Under the pieces are notes generated by a model. That model made no database searches and was not told the DNA's origin. It saw nothing but the letters and a program-made list of their open reading frames with translations. The position numbers and the translations under genes were made by a program. Below are positions 38,911 to 50,823 of a stretch of DNA of 64,000 nucleotides, piece by piece. The DNA is from Lama glama (taxonomy: Eukaryota). The stretch lies in NCBI GenBank assembly GCA_028534125.1, contig CM052816.1, forward strand, positions 38,194,001 to 38,258,000, in the 5' to 3' direction. Within the stretch, counting starts at the first letter, position 1; each line of letters opens with the position of its first letter.

Positions 38911-41654
38911 CATCATCATTACTATGATGATCATGTAAATCACAGCCAAGGCCACCTTACCCAGAGGCAGAGTTGCCACTTGTCTCAGAAGCCTGCTTGA
39001 AGTCGTCCCACAAACTCCTCTGTCTTAATTTACATTCCTGCCTGAAATTCCTTCAGCAGTAGTAATAAGATTCTGAAGAGATATTTTCTGGTATCTCAGA
39101 ATTTTAGCTATAGCCCCTACAGCTGACAACAAGCGCCAAGGATATCCCCATATTTACAAGAGGAAGGGAAGAAAGGCATTCCCTGTAGATTTAGTAAGAC
39201 GTGATTCAACTCTGTAATGACATCAACAGACCTACCTCACGGTCTGAATGAACAGACACTTGGGAAACAGGAAAAACTATTAGGACATTTATAGACAGTG
39301 AGTCCTGACTAAGGGTTTTCCCTTCCTTCTTTTGAGATCCATGGAAAATACAGACTCGATGGGAAGAAGCATCTACAGGGGGTGGAGTTAAGCACCTGAC
39401 GGGGGCAAAACCAGAGGGAAGGTGAAGTCCATAGGAAGCATTTGTAGAAACTGAGGCTACCTGCTGGAAGGGGAGGCTGGCATCGTTTGTCTTATTTTAT
39501 TAGTTAGACACTGCTCTTATAACCGCTGTTATTTGAGCAGGGGGAAGTGAATATAAGAGAAGTAAACAAAGTGTGTAGACTGGAAGAACATTCTGTAGTG
39601 GGGCAGGCTCTTCTGCCTTTTGGCTCAGCAAGGCTGTAAGATTTCCTGTGGCCCAGTGGTTCCTGCAGATGACTGGTAAGGACGGCTTGTCAGGACCTGT
39701 CAACATGGCTACTGAGCAGGCAAGAAGACCCCAGGTGAAGAGGATTTGGGACTCCAGCAGAATGTAACCGAAGACTTCTAAACTACTGTGGCACACAATC
39801 AAGGCTACTTTTGGATGCCTGAAACTCAAATTTCCTTGAGGGAGGCACAAGAACAATTAAATAAAGGGTTGATGTTTATTATTTTTCCTCCATTATGTTC
39901 AGACAGTGAAACAGACAGTTAAATTTTCCTTTTTATAGATTAATTGTATATGAAGCACTTTTACAAAGAGTCTCATAAAATCCTCCCAACAATCTAGAGA
40001 ATTTATACTCTATTTTGCAAGACAAAAAGGAGAGGCTCTATATTTCTTTGAATAATGAAGGTAAGCTGATGTCACAAATGCATCTCGTTTTTCTCTCAGC
40101 CAAGTTCAGCCACTGGTATGTACTAGTTAAGCTAACAGGGTGGGCCATCAGGGACTGAGCCTCAAGTCACGTTAAGTATTGACCAGAACAGCAAAACCAT
40201 CACAGATATAGAGAACCATTTCATGAGGGGTAGGAAGCCAAGAGACAAAGAAGGGCAGTGGTCCCCTGAAACTTTCATGTAAAGGGGCACTAAATAAGCA
40301 TATGATTGGGCAACAAAGATAAAATTAATTTTCATCCATTTTAATTTGCCTAGGTCCTGGAGTGGTTCTTATCTGTTTCAACATAGGAGACATTTTTCAA
40401 TATCAATGTCCAATTGCTGAAATTAAGAATGCTAAAAATAATAGTAGTAGTTAATGGAGAATCCAAGGAATCATCTGTGTCACAAGTAGACCTCTAGTCC
40501 GTAGTTCTTACTTAACAGTGTAGGAGTGGCTGTGAAGTGCTATTTTATGATAGTTACAAAAAATACACGACAAAGAAATTACATGGTCTTCTTTTGAGTT
40601 CTCTTGGAAAGACAAACAACTAAATGCTCCAAGGTTTTAGTTATGATTTAGGCAACATAAATTAGCTTTGTAAAAATAATCTACTATTTTTATTTTTTCT
40701 GTTGTTCTTTTGCATATAAATCTTTAAAGAAAAAAAAAGTACTCAAAATGCAGCAAGAAAAAATACAAAGTCAAATAGCAAACTGACATTAGACTTGACA
40801 CTATTTGCTGCAAAAGGCCAATCTAAAGCAGAACAAAAATCACAAGAAAACAAAGTACTTTTCTTCAACCTATGTTTAATTACATAACATTTATGGAAGA
40901 AAGCAATAAAAGAGAAAACTGCCAGAAAATACATTAAAAATTCTTAAGGATCAGAAAGGGACTAGTGAGAAGGCTTTCAAATTCAGTAGCTAGAAAAAGT
41001 TAAGTAAGAAAACTAATACAAAATCTAGGTGTTGAAATCATAGGGGTGGAACTTGCCAATATGGAGGCAAAAATATTCTTTTGAATTTTAATGTATATAT
41101 TCATGTGAACAGATGAAAACAAGTATTTTCCAATAAGGCTGCTTTCTCAGGGGAATTATATGAAAGGAAGCTTTGGACTTCTGGCATCCAAATGACAAAT
41201 GAAATTGAGAAGATGGCAGTTTCAACTTATAAAATGTGCCATTAAACATTCAGTATGAAACCATTAAAATGCATGATGTTATTTAAGAGGAAGAGACTAG
41301 TCAACTGCAACTGAGTTCTGCTATCACATTCCAAACGCCACATCAGCTGCCACCTGGCTTTCATTCCCTCCCAGATCTGGGTAGTTGTGTGTGAGACAGT
41401 TTTTGTCCTGCAGGTCCAGTTCTTCTGCTGACCACATTTTCTATTTTATCCTTGGGCTTACTGTCCTCAGCCTGCCTTTCTGGTGATTCAATATCCACTA
41501 AAACTGTCTTCCCAATGCCAACAATATATACTTGCCAACACAGAGAATGCAGGTGAACAACTCTGAATGGTTAAATATTCATTAACTGAAATGCTCAGGA
41601 AATGAGGTACCATGCATGAGTTACTGAATGGTATTGTTACGATGCTATGGAAAA

Positions 41655-41890
41655 TACTTAAGTAGCACTTACCATGTATCAGACATAACTGCAAGGGCTT
41701 TACTTTTGTTAAATCATTTGACCCTACCAACTACCTTGTAAGTTGAGGACAATTATCTATGTTTGTGGATGAAGAAACTGAGACAAAAAGAGGTTAGTAA
41801 TCTAACTAAAGTCATATCCAGCAGAAGGCAGAGGCAGGACGTAAACACTGACAATCTAGTTGTGGAGTCTGGGCTCCCAAATACACAAAT
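41655..41890 (-). mobile_element. MIR
   Basis: tagcacttaccatgtatcagac...gatgaagaaactgagacaaaaagaggttagtaatctaactaaagtcat. Confidence 0.8.
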
Positions 41891-42099
41891 TCTACTGCGT
41901 CTCAGTCTCACTAAACATCTTTTTCAAGTATTTGTTTATTTACTGCTGTAGTGAGTCAATGAACTGTTTAATTCTATTTAGCTACCTTGATAATCATGCA
42001 GTATTTTGGGATCATTATGCTGACAATGAATTCTCATTATATAATTCAATAAATGCTGGAAAGAAAATATAGGATATTGAACACGCACTTATTCATGTT

Positions 42100-43070
42100 C
42101 TGAATAAACTCTCAGTTGTATCATCTAGGATGATAGGATATGAAATAATAGAAATGTAGTCACTGCTCCCAAAATACACAATCACTACAATACTGTGATA
42201 CAAATGCTGATAGAGGATAAACAAAATATGAGAAAACCAAGAATAAAGCAACAAACTATTAGAGGGCTGATGAGGGAAGTCTCCACAGAAAAGGCACATT
42301 TGTTCTGACTAAAATGATGGATATCTTCAAAAGTTGCTGGAACATACAGGATAATTTTAAATGAAATCCTCGTAAGTTAATCAATCAACAGATATCTGTT
42401 AAGAGTCTGCTACTGCAAAATAGGCAAAAGACACCAATAAAGAATATAAATAATTGTTCTTGCTCTGAAAAGGCAATTTCTTAAATTCCAAATCATATTG
42501 CTGAATCAAGAAAAAATCCTGAAAAGCTACGCAATACTGTAGGTGTTACACTTGTATCTTTTTCTCCTAAAATGTTGAGGGTAATTAAGCAAATATATTA
42601 GACAACTGCTACGATGGCAAAGCATTACTGGCAAATCGTAGACGAAGGAGACAAAGCCTGTTCCATAAGCGCTCATAACCTCATGAAGACAACACATACA
42701 GACACATAACCCACAATAAAAGGCAAACTCTGATAAGCCCCTTAACAGAGCTTTGGCAAAGCACTATGTGAGATTCAGTCGGGAGGAAATTAATTCTAAA
42801 TGGAGATATATGTGGTTAATTAGGGTAAGATAATTCTAGGCAGAAAGCATAATAACAGCTAAGATTTATCAAGTGTTCATGTTCTAAGAACTTATTTAAC
42901 ACTTAGAAATGCCATGATGTCGAGCCCACTAAAGTCTCTTTTTACAGACGAGGAAACTCCAAAACACAGAAATTTCAGTACCCTACCCAAACCTCACACA
43001 GCCTGGGGAAACGCGGAAGCTTCCCTTCATTGCCTCACTCCTGACTGCTAGCTTTGCTCCATCACTAATG
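42100..43070 (-). mobile_element. Cluster of L2 and MIR fragments
   Basis: L2 3'-type motifs at 42100-42850 and MIR core ttttacagacgaggaaactc near 42940. Confidence 0.55.
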
Positions 43071-43864
43071 CAGTGAAAACAAGATGAGAAAGTGTAAATC
43101 ATGTCTGCATTCAGCAGGAACAAAATGACTACACTGTATTTGGTAGTAATGATCAGAAAAGAAATCTGTAACACAGTAATTATTATAGTAGGTTAATAAG
43201 CAATAGGTACATAAAATACATTTCTTCAGAAAGTTTGTTACTGCACAATAGCATGGGTCTGTATACTATTCACTATATTGGTAGAATAAAGTATGCCACG
43301 TCAGAGCACTCTACAACATTCCAAGCATAATGAAGAGGCTGCTGACAGTTCTCTTTCTCCTCCTCCTTCTTCTTCTTCTTTTTTTTTTTTTTTTTTGGAG
43401 GGATTTGCCCTACCTAAGTTTTTATTCTTATGATTAGAAGAATGAAGTGAGCTAAGATCTCAGCTGGAATTCAAGAGCCTCATTTTCATGTTAGTAAGAG
43501 CCACATGGAAATGAAGTAACTACTAATTGGGAATAGATGAGAGCTATATTCATTTCAGGTAACTCCACCTGAGAGGGAATTCTCAGGTAGAATTTCTGAA
43601 GGATTTAAGTGGAGGACATAAATAAAAAGCATGTGAGGAATGACTGCATAGTAAATAATTGTTCTTATCTGCTCTACCATGCAAGTTGGAAAGAAACCCT
43701 GGACAAGAAAGAAGTTAAATTTTTATGAATGTCTGAATTACAGAAAGATTGGCAATTTCTTTTCTCCCTGTTTGGCCTGATCTTTCATGCCCTCTAGGAA
43801 AACTGTCTCCACGGGAAGGAGTTAAGATGTATAGACACGGAGTCCAGAGGACAAGGCAGAGATG

Positions 43865-44322
43865 GTACAGAGTGAAGGAGCTGTGTTTTTCACGTCAATA
43901 CTCATTCTCCCTTTCAGTAACAATCTTGACTTTTAGCGTGGTCCACGCACTTGCACTGAAGACTAAGTTTCTAAGTCTCCTTTCAGTTAGGCATGCTGTT
44001 GTGTCTGAGGCCTAGCTAAAGGAACAGAAGTAGAAACGTTGTGTGACAGCATGTTCTCCCTTCTTCCTTCCTCCTTCTGCGGTATTCTACTTAGAACACA
44101 GATACCAACGGTTGAGCTTCATTTTGGATTATTAGGATGAAGGCAACACTTTAGGGATGACAAAGCACAGAGCTGGAAAGAGCTCAGGTCCCACATAAAC
44201 CATTACCTGATTACTTGCCTCGAGAATTGTACATGAAAGATAAATAAAATTTAGTCTTCTTTCGCTCACTGTTATTTTGGGCCTCTGCCGTTCTGAAATA
44301 AAACCTAGTCCTAATTTATACA
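43865..44322 (+). mobile_element. MaLR solo LTR (MLT1J-like)
   Basis: tttctaagtctcctttcagttaggcatg...gagctggaaagagctcaggtccc...aaacctagtcctaatttataca. Confidence 0.75.
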
Positions 44323-45274
44323 ATTTGTATACTATGGAAATGTTGAAAAGGTGAATTAATCACTGGCATGTCAGAAAGAGTTTTGATTGCTAAACTTACA
44401 CTTCCAGTATTTGTGTCCTGGAGAATCATTATTACGAAGACAACTAATTGGGATTAATGGGGAGGATCAAGTAGCCAGCCAAGAGGCTATTGTAATAGAC
44501 AAGGAAGAATATAGTAACCACTTACACTATGGAAATTAGATGTTATATATAACATAACGTTATACTAAAAATCTCTCTTCTCCTTCTCCACCCTTCTCTT
44601 CGAATCTTGATTTTAGTTTATTTACCTCAATAATTTATTCTAAGTCCAAATATCTAAAAGTAATTTCTGAAAAGTACCAAGTCCATTTCTGTTTCGAAGT
44701 AGAATTTACTCCAGTTTCTTCTCAGATTGAACTTTATCTTTTTTTATTCCAAAGACAAGCCTAACTTGTCCAGCATGCTAGACTGAAGAAGAGTGGCAAA
44801 GACAGTTGCGTATTTGTGTACAGGACTGGTAAATCTTGGGCAAGCTTAAGGGCTTAATACCCTATTTAAAATTCAAGGTTGCTTTGTGTAAGAACAGTTC
44901 ACAAATATAAAGAACTAAGGGTTGCTTTTTACTACAACATGTTCCCATAGATCTGTACTACTGTTAGTTTATGTTATTGAGAACTTATAAAAGAGATACC
45001 ATTATTTAGGAAATCTTTTTCCTTAACTTTTTCCTTTAAATGAAATTTCCCTATAACAAGAACATAATTTTGATTTCCAGAATAGTTACTAACATATGCA
45101 GATTTTTTGAAAAATTTAGTTGACTATATAAAATGTATTCCAAAAACTTCATGTAGAAAGAAACATTTCCCCAGTTTATAAAGCACACACATTGTGATAT
45201 TTTATGTTTTAACCTAATTTTTTTACTATATTATATTTAATGTTTTATACAATTCTATGAAAAGGTACATTATT

Positions 45275-45883
45275 CTTTTTTATTGAAGTATAGTTAATGT
45301 ATAATATTATATATGTTATAGGAATATATATATAGTGATTCACAGGTCTTAAAGGTTATACTCCATTTATAGTTGTTATAAAATAACAGCTATATTCCTT
45401 GTGTTGTACAATATATCCTTGTAGCTTATTTTATACATAATAACTTGCACCTCTTAATCCTCTACCTCCATATTGCCCCTCCCCCTTCCTTCACCCCAAG
45501 GGTAATCAATAGTTTGTTCTCTGTATCTGTCAGTTTCTTTTTTGTGATATTCATTAGCCTGTTTTATTTTTAGATTCTACACAAAGGTGATATCATATAG
45601 TATTTGTCTTTCTCTGCCTGACTTAATTCACCTAGCATAATACTCTCCAAATTCATCCATTTTGCAAATGGCAAATTTTCATTCTTTTTTATGGCTGAGT
45701 AGTATTCCATTGTATATATATGATATCTTCTTAATCCAATCATCTGTTGACGGGCATTTAGGTTGTTTCCATATCTTAAGAATTATAAATAACGCTCCTA
45801 TGAACATTGAGATGCATGTATCTTTTTGAATTTGTGGGTTGTTTTTTCTGGGTATATACCCAGCAGTAGAATTGCTGGGTCAT
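45275..45883 (-). mobile_element. 5'-truncated LINE-1 3' end
   Basis: ttttttattgaagtatag tail; ttttatggctgagtagtattccattg; gtatatacccagcagtagaattgctgggtcata. Confidence 0.92.
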
Positions 45884-45979
45884 ATAAAAGTTATATTTTT
45901 AATTCTTTGATTTGTATAATTATTCCTTTATAGTTTTAGGTGAGGAAATGTTAGTCTTGCACATCAAATTTAATAAATA

Positions 45980-46830
45980 AGGTACTTACTTGTTTCTTCA
46001 GCAAATGCTTTCTACGTGCATGGCTCTATGTTAGAATTAAGAAAATGGATTACTAAGATTTGCTTCCTTCTTTCTAAGGTTTCATAATGTAGAAAGAAAT
46101 AGATCACATAATGGAGGTAGGAATACCATGTTGTGTCAAGTCTTAAGAAGGAAGAGAGAGGAATTCTAGGAAAAATTCATAGTCATCTGCTGGTGTCGAG
46201 GAATTCTAGGAAAAATTCATAGTCATCTGCTGGTGTCTAAAGTAGACTTTGTTTTGAGAGTGGGAATAGAAAATAAGGGTTAGCTTGGCAAGAGTTCTGC
46301 TCCAGAGTTTTGACTTGAGAGATAGAAAGAGAGAGACACGAGAGAGAGAGAGAGAAATGGCTGCAGTGTGGGGAATGAACTGATAGGGGAATAGCTGAAA
46401 AACTAAAAGAAGAGTCAAGAAGCTATTTCAACTCTTCATTTGAAAAAAGGATGACTTCATGAACAAGGACAGCTGGGAGAGTCTGCACAGGGGATGAGAC
46501 AGATGGGAAAGAGATGGAGGTGAAGTCAAAAGAACTTAAGCTCAGCTGAATGATCACATTGTACACCTCAGGAACTGGAGAAGTAAACAATATTATCAAG
46601 ATTTCTACTTGTGATAAAAGAATAGATGTCATATCATTAATGGAAATATAAAATTAAGGAAAGGAAGCACTTTTGAAGATTAGATGGAGGATGGAAATTT
46701 AATGAGTTGTTTTGTTTTTTAAGACATGTTGAGATAGATGCAAACATCCACATGGACATATCTAGTAGGCTGGTAGGTATACATGGATCTCAAATAGGGA
46801 AAAAGTCTGTCCTGGGAATATACTCATTCA
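45980..46830 (-). mobile_element. LINE-2 fragments
   Basis: gacatgttgagatagatgcaaacatccacatggacatatctagtaggc and other antisense L2 motifs. Confidence 0.7.
46158..46237 (+). repeat. Perfect 40-bp tandem duplication
   Basis: GAGGAATTCTAGGAAAAATTCATAGTCATCTGCTGGTGTC at 46158-46197 and 46198-46237. Confidence 0.97.
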
Positions 46831-47619
46831 GATAGCTTAAAGTTACTGTGTTTCTCCTTTCTAGTTTTCCATGAGCCCAAGCTCACTAGATTTTATTCTA
46901 TAGCTCTAACTTCTCAGTTATCTAAGTTTTTTACTCCATGATATACTTCTTGAAATATTAATATGACTTAATATTCTATTCTAAGCTGGAGTAACTCTCT
47001 TATACCCAATATAATACATATATTTACCCAGTACTCTCTCTTCAAGAACTGAGCTGCATTTATTATTTAAAAATTATTATCACAGAGATAACATCAGGTT
47101 AAACTTAACAATATTTACTATTTTTCACCTACAAAAATGGCAATTACATATAGTTATTCTAATACATAATACAGCATTCAAACCAACTGTAAAATGCATA
47201 AATTAGGCATTAGAATTATTCATAATCTCACTGATTCAAGACTACAATGTCAAATGTTTGATGATATATTTCAGGTGTTTGTCTATTAATACATATATTT
47301 ACCAAAGTGGTATTTCACCATACATACTATTGCTTTTTTAACCGAGTATCTTATAGCCATCTTCTCTTATTTATACCTACCGTTTAATTTTTGTAAGTAA
47401 TTCCAATATTTTTTTCCTTCATTATTGTAAAAATGCATCAAAGTTATTTTATACATTTATATTTTATGCATCTGTCCACTTATTTTTTAGGATAAATTCC
47501 ATCCTATTAATGAACTTTAGGCGAATTCATCTACTTGCAGAGCTTCAACATGCTGAAAACTTGCATACAGGTACATCTGTTCTAAGTACACCTGACATCT
47601 GAACTATGCTCCAAATATT

Positions 47620-48570
47620 CTACTTTTATTTTACTTCTCCACTTTGGTGTCTCAAAGTTCCTCCAGTGTAATGTGCCCTAAAGAGAACTTTCTCTCTTTC
47701 CTTCTTCACTTCTATTTCCTTCTCAATTTTGCTGAACATCATCCTCTTGAAAACAATTTTTAACAAAAAAGAACAACCAAAATAAAAAAAAAAAAACACC
47801 TGGGAATCATCCAAGAACACTCCTTTTCCTTTAGCTGCCCCATATCCAAATTATGTCTTTCTTGACCAGTTTCTGTATATTGTACATCTTTGAATTTTCA
47901 TTAAGTGATGTCCCTTATCCACAACCCTGCTGTCTTACAAGTGACTGATCAGATCCTTGCTGTCCTCTCACTCCATCCACAGATTTATCTTTCTCAATGC
48001 TGTCAAAGTGATTTTTGTATATTTAAAACATTTGTTGACACCTTATTTGTTAGGATAAAACTCAATTCTTTCAAATTCTAGGCAGGATCTCACATTCCTT
48101 CTTGGATCTGGCTTATCTTTCTGTTCTATTTCTTGCATCATGACTCTTTTCTCTTCATTCCAGTCTTATTAGACTATCTTACTGGACTATTACACATTCC
48201 CACATGCTGTCATTTTTTCTCTGTTCAATTTCATGTGAATCCCAACTCTTCTTGGCCACCAGGCTAACACATATAATTGTCCCTCAAAAATCAGCATAAT
48301 TAAAAAATAATCTATGTATCCAGTCCTTTACCTTCCTGGTAGAATTACTTCCCCCTTAGTGCCCAGCACCCTTCATATACTATTTTATATCAAACAGCTA
48401 TCACGTATATTTAATGGCCTTTGTATGTATATGTATGATATTTCCCCCCACTTTTCTAGGACATGGAAGGAACTACATCTAACTTATATACTTAACACCT
48501 AACTAAGTGTAGGTTCTGAATGAATCTTGGATGAATGAATGGACAGATGGATGATAAGATGGATGGAGGA
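47620..48570 (+). mobile_element. LINE-2 3' portion with (GAAT/GGAT)n tail
   Basis: aaacacctgggaatcatccaagaacactcctttt; terminal gatgaatgaatggacagatggatg. Confidence 0.7.
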
Positions 48571-50268
48571 AGAAAAAATAATTCATGAGAAGTTGCCTGA
48601 GGATGAAATGTAAGTGATTATCTACATTTAAAGGTCTGTAATGGAAAAAAAAAGGAAGGGAATTAATTAAGGGGCTTTGTCAGAATACGAAAAAAACACA
48701 CATGGGTGGTATGTCACAGAAAGGAAGAATAAAATTTTCAAAGAGAAAACGGTCAGCAATTTAGATTACTACACAGAGGCCAATGAGGATGGCAAAAAAG
48801 AGACTTTTCTAAGTGGTCATTAGAGACTAATGTCGTGAATTAGACATCTGTAGTAAATGAGTATTCTATCACGAGTTTTAATGAATATTTTAATCAATTG
48901 GTAAGATTAAAAGACTGTCATAGATATTGTCTCACTTTGGTCAAAGAAGGTAACAAAATTTTGATCAACATGTAAATATTTTATAAGTATTACTTTAAAT
49001 GTATATTACCAGATACCCACAACATTTCTATTCTTTAGAAGTAAGGTAATTATTTAATTTCAACTATAGAGACTCTTTCTAAATCACAATATGTATTCTC
49101 CTGTATAAAAATAAAATTTTGGCTTTGGAAATTACTGCATTCTTAGGTATAGTAATTTAGTATTTTAATAAATGTAGTACTTTAAGTATATACTTAAGTA
49201 TCTACATATCTATATATATATATCCATTGGTCAGTTTATCTACTTTTATATCATGTATCCATTCAATCCTTTATTATATTTTATCTATCTGTACTTTTAA
49301 AATATTATTTTCACTGTGCATATTACACTAGGTTTTCAGTCTTAGAGGGGATTCCTCTGAACCTCAGCACTGTGTGTTATTAAATATTCTACTGCTTCTC
49401 AATAACATTCTATGTGCTCTAGGCAAATCTGACTTTTACATAACAGGAGTTCAGGCAGACATTAATTCTCTGTTGATTCTCAACCCTATACCAGAAAAGA
49501 TTACATTATTCAACAATAACATATTTAAATGATTTAATGTGGAAGTTTTTCAATTTATTTAACTTTTTTGCTAAGTAGCTTATAACTGAATTGAAATAGA
49601 AACAGTACTTTATCTTATGAATGAAATTCTCCTTCAAATAATTAAAAATACAGGTAATCTTTCTCTACATCTATTTTGAGCACTAAATGAAAATTCACAG
49701 GATAATCCATGGGTTACTGTCCTCCACAATATAGAAAGCTATCTTAAAAAGCCAGTATACTACATAATTCAGAGGCTGACTGAGACATGTAAAAATTCAT
49801 GTTTTGCACTTTATTTTTAACACACACACACGTGTGTGTGTGTGTTATGAAATTGGTATCCACATTTTGCACTGGAAAGATGAACAAAGGTCACAAGACA
49901 AGTGTGACCTTCTCCTTAGGTCACTGATTTTCAAATATTTAAACTTTCACATTGAACTGAATTTAGGCACAATAAAATATGTCTCTTTTCCTTCAGCAAA
50001 ACTTTAGTGATTAAGACAGAACACTGAAAAAAAAAAAAAGCCCAAGAGAAAAAAATAAATCAAAAATTTTTTTCATTATTTTCCTTTTTTGGTCTTTTCC
50101 CTGGCAATAGGTAAAGGTTTTCACTTTGAAATTCCTTAACAGCTTTAATTTGGTGATCATGGTCATGCTGAGGGTATAAGATAATTTTTTCTACACTGCT
50201 CTCATTTCTGTTTACCCCTTGGCTTACACATCATTGTCATTCTGATTACAACATCACAGAAAATTTAC

Positions 50269-50309
50269 CTTTGCTGCTTTTAGTTTCCATTTTCCTGTCT
50301 CTTTCTTTC
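50269..50309 (-). other. Candidate small exon, 41 nt
   Basis: tttgtttatgtcag|GAAAGAAAGAGACAGGAAAATGGAAACTAAAAGCAGCAAAG|gtaaat; purine-rich, enhancer-like body. Confidence 0.35.
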
Positions 50310-50427
50310 CTGACATAAACAAATCAATGTTGGAAAAAATATAAGACTAGTGGTAAAGAAAAGGATTGATGTAGGGAGGGAATAAGAGCACATTCTCATA
50401 TATTTTTCCACTTCCTGAATGTGTGAC

Positions 50428-50430
<3 letters not shown>

Positions 50431-50480
<50 letters not shown>
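50431..50480. repeat. (AT)25 microsatellite
   Basis: Direct reading. Confidence 0.98.
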
Positions 50481-50482
<2 letters not shown>

Positions 50483-50800
50483 CACACACATACACACAAG
50501 CATACATCTCTTGTGCTGCAGTGTCCAGATCTAAAAATTTAGCTGTTAAAGCACCTGGCTGTGATAGACAGACAATCAAAATTTCCTACATAACTTTTAA
50601 ATTCAATCTTTAGTACTTCTTTAATAGGCTTTCTAATAATTGCAGATGCTTGGTTTTTGATACCAGGCTCAATAATCCTGACCTGGAAACCTTGCTTAAG
50701 TATATGAATAACATTTATACTTTGAAAGATACAGTGAAAATAAGTTATCAGGAAACACTTCAGTTTCATTTTTTATTCTCTCAACATCAAATGTCCTTAC

Positions 50801-50823
50801 CTTTTTCTGCTTCTAGATTCTGA
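50801..50823 (-). other. Candidate micro-exon (23 nt, or 19 nt with the adjacent AG), or the end of a first exon
   Basis: Strong donor AAG|gtaagg; acceptor options ttcttttttaag|TCAG| with two AGs 4 nt apart. Confidence 0.3.

Noticed and set aside
50280..50613. ORFs with IYIYIY runs
   Set aside because: Translation of the (AT)25 microsatellite.
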